Assembly (NCBI GenBank): GCA_963748825.1 | Contig: CAVVKN010000009.1 | Location: 192,001-256,000, forward strand | Origin: Methanotrichaceae archaeon | GTDB taxonomy: Archaea; Halobacteriota; Methanosarcinia; Methanotrichales; Methanotrichaceae | DNA length: 64,000 nt | Reading direction: 5' to 3' | The notes under the pieces: generated by a model | What the model saw: only the letters and a program-made list of their open reading frames with translations | Databases searched by the model: none | Told to the model about the DNA's origin: nothing | Shown: piece by piece, positions 61,323 through 64,000 of the stretch | How the letters are laid out: every line of letters begins with the position of its first letter | Position numbering within the stretch: position 1 is the stretch's first letter | Position numbers and translations under genes: made by a program

Positions 61323-61679
61323 TTACTCTTTTCTGCTCAGAACCAGGCTTGCGACTGCTAAGAGGCCGACTATGGCAAAGACGCCCTCAAATCCGGGTGC
61401 AGCCTTCTCGGCAGCCTTAGTAGCCTCGGTAGCGGACGCGTTAACCTTCTCTTCTGCCTTGGTAGCGGCTTCCGTGACCTTCTCTTTTGCCGCGACAGCG
61501 CTCTCGTTGACCTTCTCTTCAGCAACAGCGGCCGCAGCGGTTACAGCCTCCGCGGCATGCTCTTCAGCAACAGCGACTGCGCCGGTTGCAGCTCCAGCAG
61601 CAGTCTCTTCCGCATTTACAACTACAATAGCTGTGAGCAGCATCATCAGCGCAACAAGCATAATCGAAACGATCTTCAT
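61323..61679 (-). CDS. Ala/Glu-rich low-complexity PGF-CTERM surface protein
   Basis: Signal peptide, AEEKV repeats, PGFE plus TM plus RKE. Confidence 0.85.
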   Translation of the reverse strand: MKIVSIMLVALMMLLTAIVVVNAEETAAGAATGAVAVAEEHAAEAVTAAAAVAEEKVNESAVAAKEKVTEAATKAEEKVNASATEATKAAEKAAPGFEGVFAIVGLLAVASLVLSRKE

Positions 61680-61908
61680 TATTGTAAGACCCTCCTATCA
61701 ATTGCATGATCATCGGTAAAAACTTCTCCGAAGCTACAATAGAGTACTTGGCAAAACATTACCCTTGAATGCGGCCTCAAAGCCCTCCGTTTCACGGGGA
61801 TGATCGAGCAGGTTTGCTGTCGCAAAAGATCATATATATATTTTTTGGTGGGAATTTTTCCGGACGCACAAAAGAAAACTCAATGGATATGAACAGAAAT
61901 AACGCTGC

Positions 61909-61950
61909 AAAAAAAGGGATAGTTCTGGAGAGCCTAGGCCCTCCAGCTAT
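61909..61950 (-). terminator. Terminator of the S-layer gene
   Basis: ctggagggcctaggctctccag hairpin followed by a T-tract on the minus strand. Confidence 0.6.
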
Positions 61951-61956
61951 TTGATC

Positions 61957-64000
61957 TTACTCTCTTCTGCCAAGTACCAGGAAGGCAACTGCCAGGAGAC
62001 CGGTTATGGCGAGAATGCTCTCGAATCCGGGTGTAGCCTTCTCGGCAGCCTTAGCCTCGGTTACGTTTTCCTTAGCAGCAGTCTCGACAGCCTTAGCCTC
62101 TGCTACTTTTTCAGTAGCGGCAGTCTCGGCAGCCTTAGCCTCGGTTACGTTTTCCTTAGCAGCCTCGACTACTGTGGTGGCGGCTGGAGCAGCCTCAACA
62201 GCGGGTGCGGCCTCAGCGGCGGGGGCAGCAGCGCCCTCGATGGTTACTGCCTTGTATATGTAGTACCTGAGGGTATCGTTGTCAGCGGTCTTGATGCTTA
62301 TGCCGCTCATCAAGGCGGTATCCTTGTTCTTGCTGAGAGTTATGGCGTTGTCCTTGTTCTCCATGGTGATGGTTCCGGCGTTTGCATCCACGGAGGTGAT
62401 GGTCATCTTATCGTACTGAGGTGTCGGCCTTTACATCAGTTGCCTCACCGGATATCTGCCAGATGCCATCGACTGTGGCCAGATTCTGGTCAGCGCCACG
62501 GAAGGCGTTCTTGAAGTGAGCTGCGATGGTAATCAGCTTCTTCTGATCGCCTACAGCGGGATTCTTGTAGTAGTAAGTCTTGTCGGACATAGTCGCGTCG
62601 GCCTTGGACGGGGATATGACCTTGCTGTCTACTACAGAGCCATCCTTGGAGAGCTCGAGATATACCTTGTTGCCGTCGATATCAATGGATTTGATAGCCA
62701 GCTCGTAGCCTTCTTCCATCTTCATGGGTGTGCCAGAGGTGACAGTCTTCTCGGTATCGTCATCAATAAGGATCTTCTGGAGCTGCTCGCTGGACAGGGA
62801 ATTCTCATCAGTGGACTCTTTGAACAGGAGGTTCTTATCGGCGTTGTCAACGTTCTCGACATAGCCTGCGAAGTACCTGTCTGCTAGGAAGCCCATGACA
62901 TTGAATGCGCCCCAATCCTCGTACTTGAACTCCTTGGCCTGAGCCTTGGTCTCATACTTGACACCATAGGGCGAGTCGCCGCTCAGCTTCTTATCGGTTA
63001 AGGTTGTGCTGAGTGTCTCGGTTCCGATGTCATCCTTAATATCATAGTAGAATCCTGCGAAGTTCTGAGAATTCCATGTGTTGTCTGCGGTAGCGACTGC
63101 GCCACGGATCTCATAGGTTCCGGGCTCAGTTATTTCCTTGTATATGTAGTACCTGAGGGTATCGTTGTCAGCGGTCTTGATGCTTATGCCGCTCATCAAG
63201 GCGGTATCCTTGTTCTTGCTGAGAGTTATGGCGTTGTCCTTGTTCTCCATGGTGATGGTTCCGGCGTTTGCATCCACGGAGGTGATGGTCATCTTATCGT
63301 ACGAGGTGTCGGCCTTGACATCAGTTGCCTCACCGGATATCTGCCAGATGCCGTCGACTGTGGCCAGATTCTGGTCAGCGCCACGGAAGGCGTTCTTGAA
63401 GTGAGCTGCGATTGTTACCAGCTTCTTCTGATCGCCTACAGCGGGATTCTTGTAGTAGTAAGTCTTGTCGGCCATGTTCGCGTTGGCCTTGGACGGGGAT
63501 ATGACCTTGCTGTCTACTACAGAGCCATCCTTGGAGAGCTCGAGATATACCTTGTTGCCGTCGATATCAATGGATTTGATAGCCAGCTCGTAGCCTTCTT
63601 CCATCTTCATGGGTGTGCCAGAGGTGACAGTCTTCTCGGTATCGTCATCAATAAGGATCTTCTGGAGCTGCTCGCTGGACAGGGAATTCTCATCAGTGGA
63701 CTCTTTGAACAGGAGGTTCTTCTCGGCGTTGTCAACGTTCTCGACATAGCCTGCGAAGTACCTGTCTGCTAGGAAGCCCATGACATTGAATGCGCCCCAA
63801 TCCTCGTACTTGAACTCCTTGGACTGAGCAGTGGTCTCATACTTGACACCATAGGGCGAGTCGCCGCTCAGCTTCTTATCGGTTAAGGTTGTGCTGAGGG
63901 TCTCGGTTCCGATGTCATCCTTAATATCATAGTAGAATCCGGCGAAGTTCTGAGAATTCCATGTGGTGTCTCCGGTAGCGACTGCGCCGCGTACCTCCAC
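61957..64000 (-). CDS. S-layer protein (tandem DUF1608-type repeats, PGF-CTERM); 5' end outside the window; spurious extra T at 62417
   Basis: NFAGFYYDIKDDIGTE, YFAGY and IDIDGNKVYLEL each occur twice; tail PGFESILAITGLLAVAFLVLGRRE. Confidence 0.92.
62250..64000 (-). repeat. Near-identical 885-bp tandem duplication inside the S-layer gene
   Basis: 62250-63135 matches 63136-64000 with only scattered substitutions. Confidence 0.9.

Noticed and set aside
62408-62420. Programmed frameshift or truncation of the S-layer gene
   Set aside because: The sister repeat (63291-63310) has the same sequence without the T at 62417 and there is no slippery site; most likely a sequencing error

Overview
This is an archaeal methanogen chromosome segment, most consistent with Methanothrix (Methanosaeta)/Methanosarcinales; markers are MC1, a DUF1608-type S-layer with PGF-CTERM, AksA and Tsr3. 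1-21 kb is a surface-glycan locus: WbpD/WecC/WecB-like genes, GT4s, glmS/glmU, an AsnB amidotransferase, a pseudaminic-acid operon (pseB-C-methylase-F-G/H-I), a flippase and a candidate nonulosonate transferase. 21-32 kb holds aksA, a Dph6-GATase fusion, cobQ, a sulfur-relay cluster (HTH-larE-cysteine desulfurase-fdhD-ncsA) and an AAA ATPase. 32-54 kb is accessory: secreted and pentapeptide proteins, a damaged IS21, MC1, a DEAD-box helicase, an MNT-HEPN pair, HxlR/hcp, an RHH gene missed by the ORF track, IS605-end and MITE relics, an HDAC and a large mosaic secreted protein. 54-64 kb is housekeeping (presenilin, CYTH, valS, tsr3, ribBA, radical SAM) plus the S-layer gene. Many single-base frameshifts, including one in the S-layer gene, suggest long-read consensus errors. 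No CRISPR array, rRNA or tRNA was seen. All family calls come from motif recognition by eye, not database searches.
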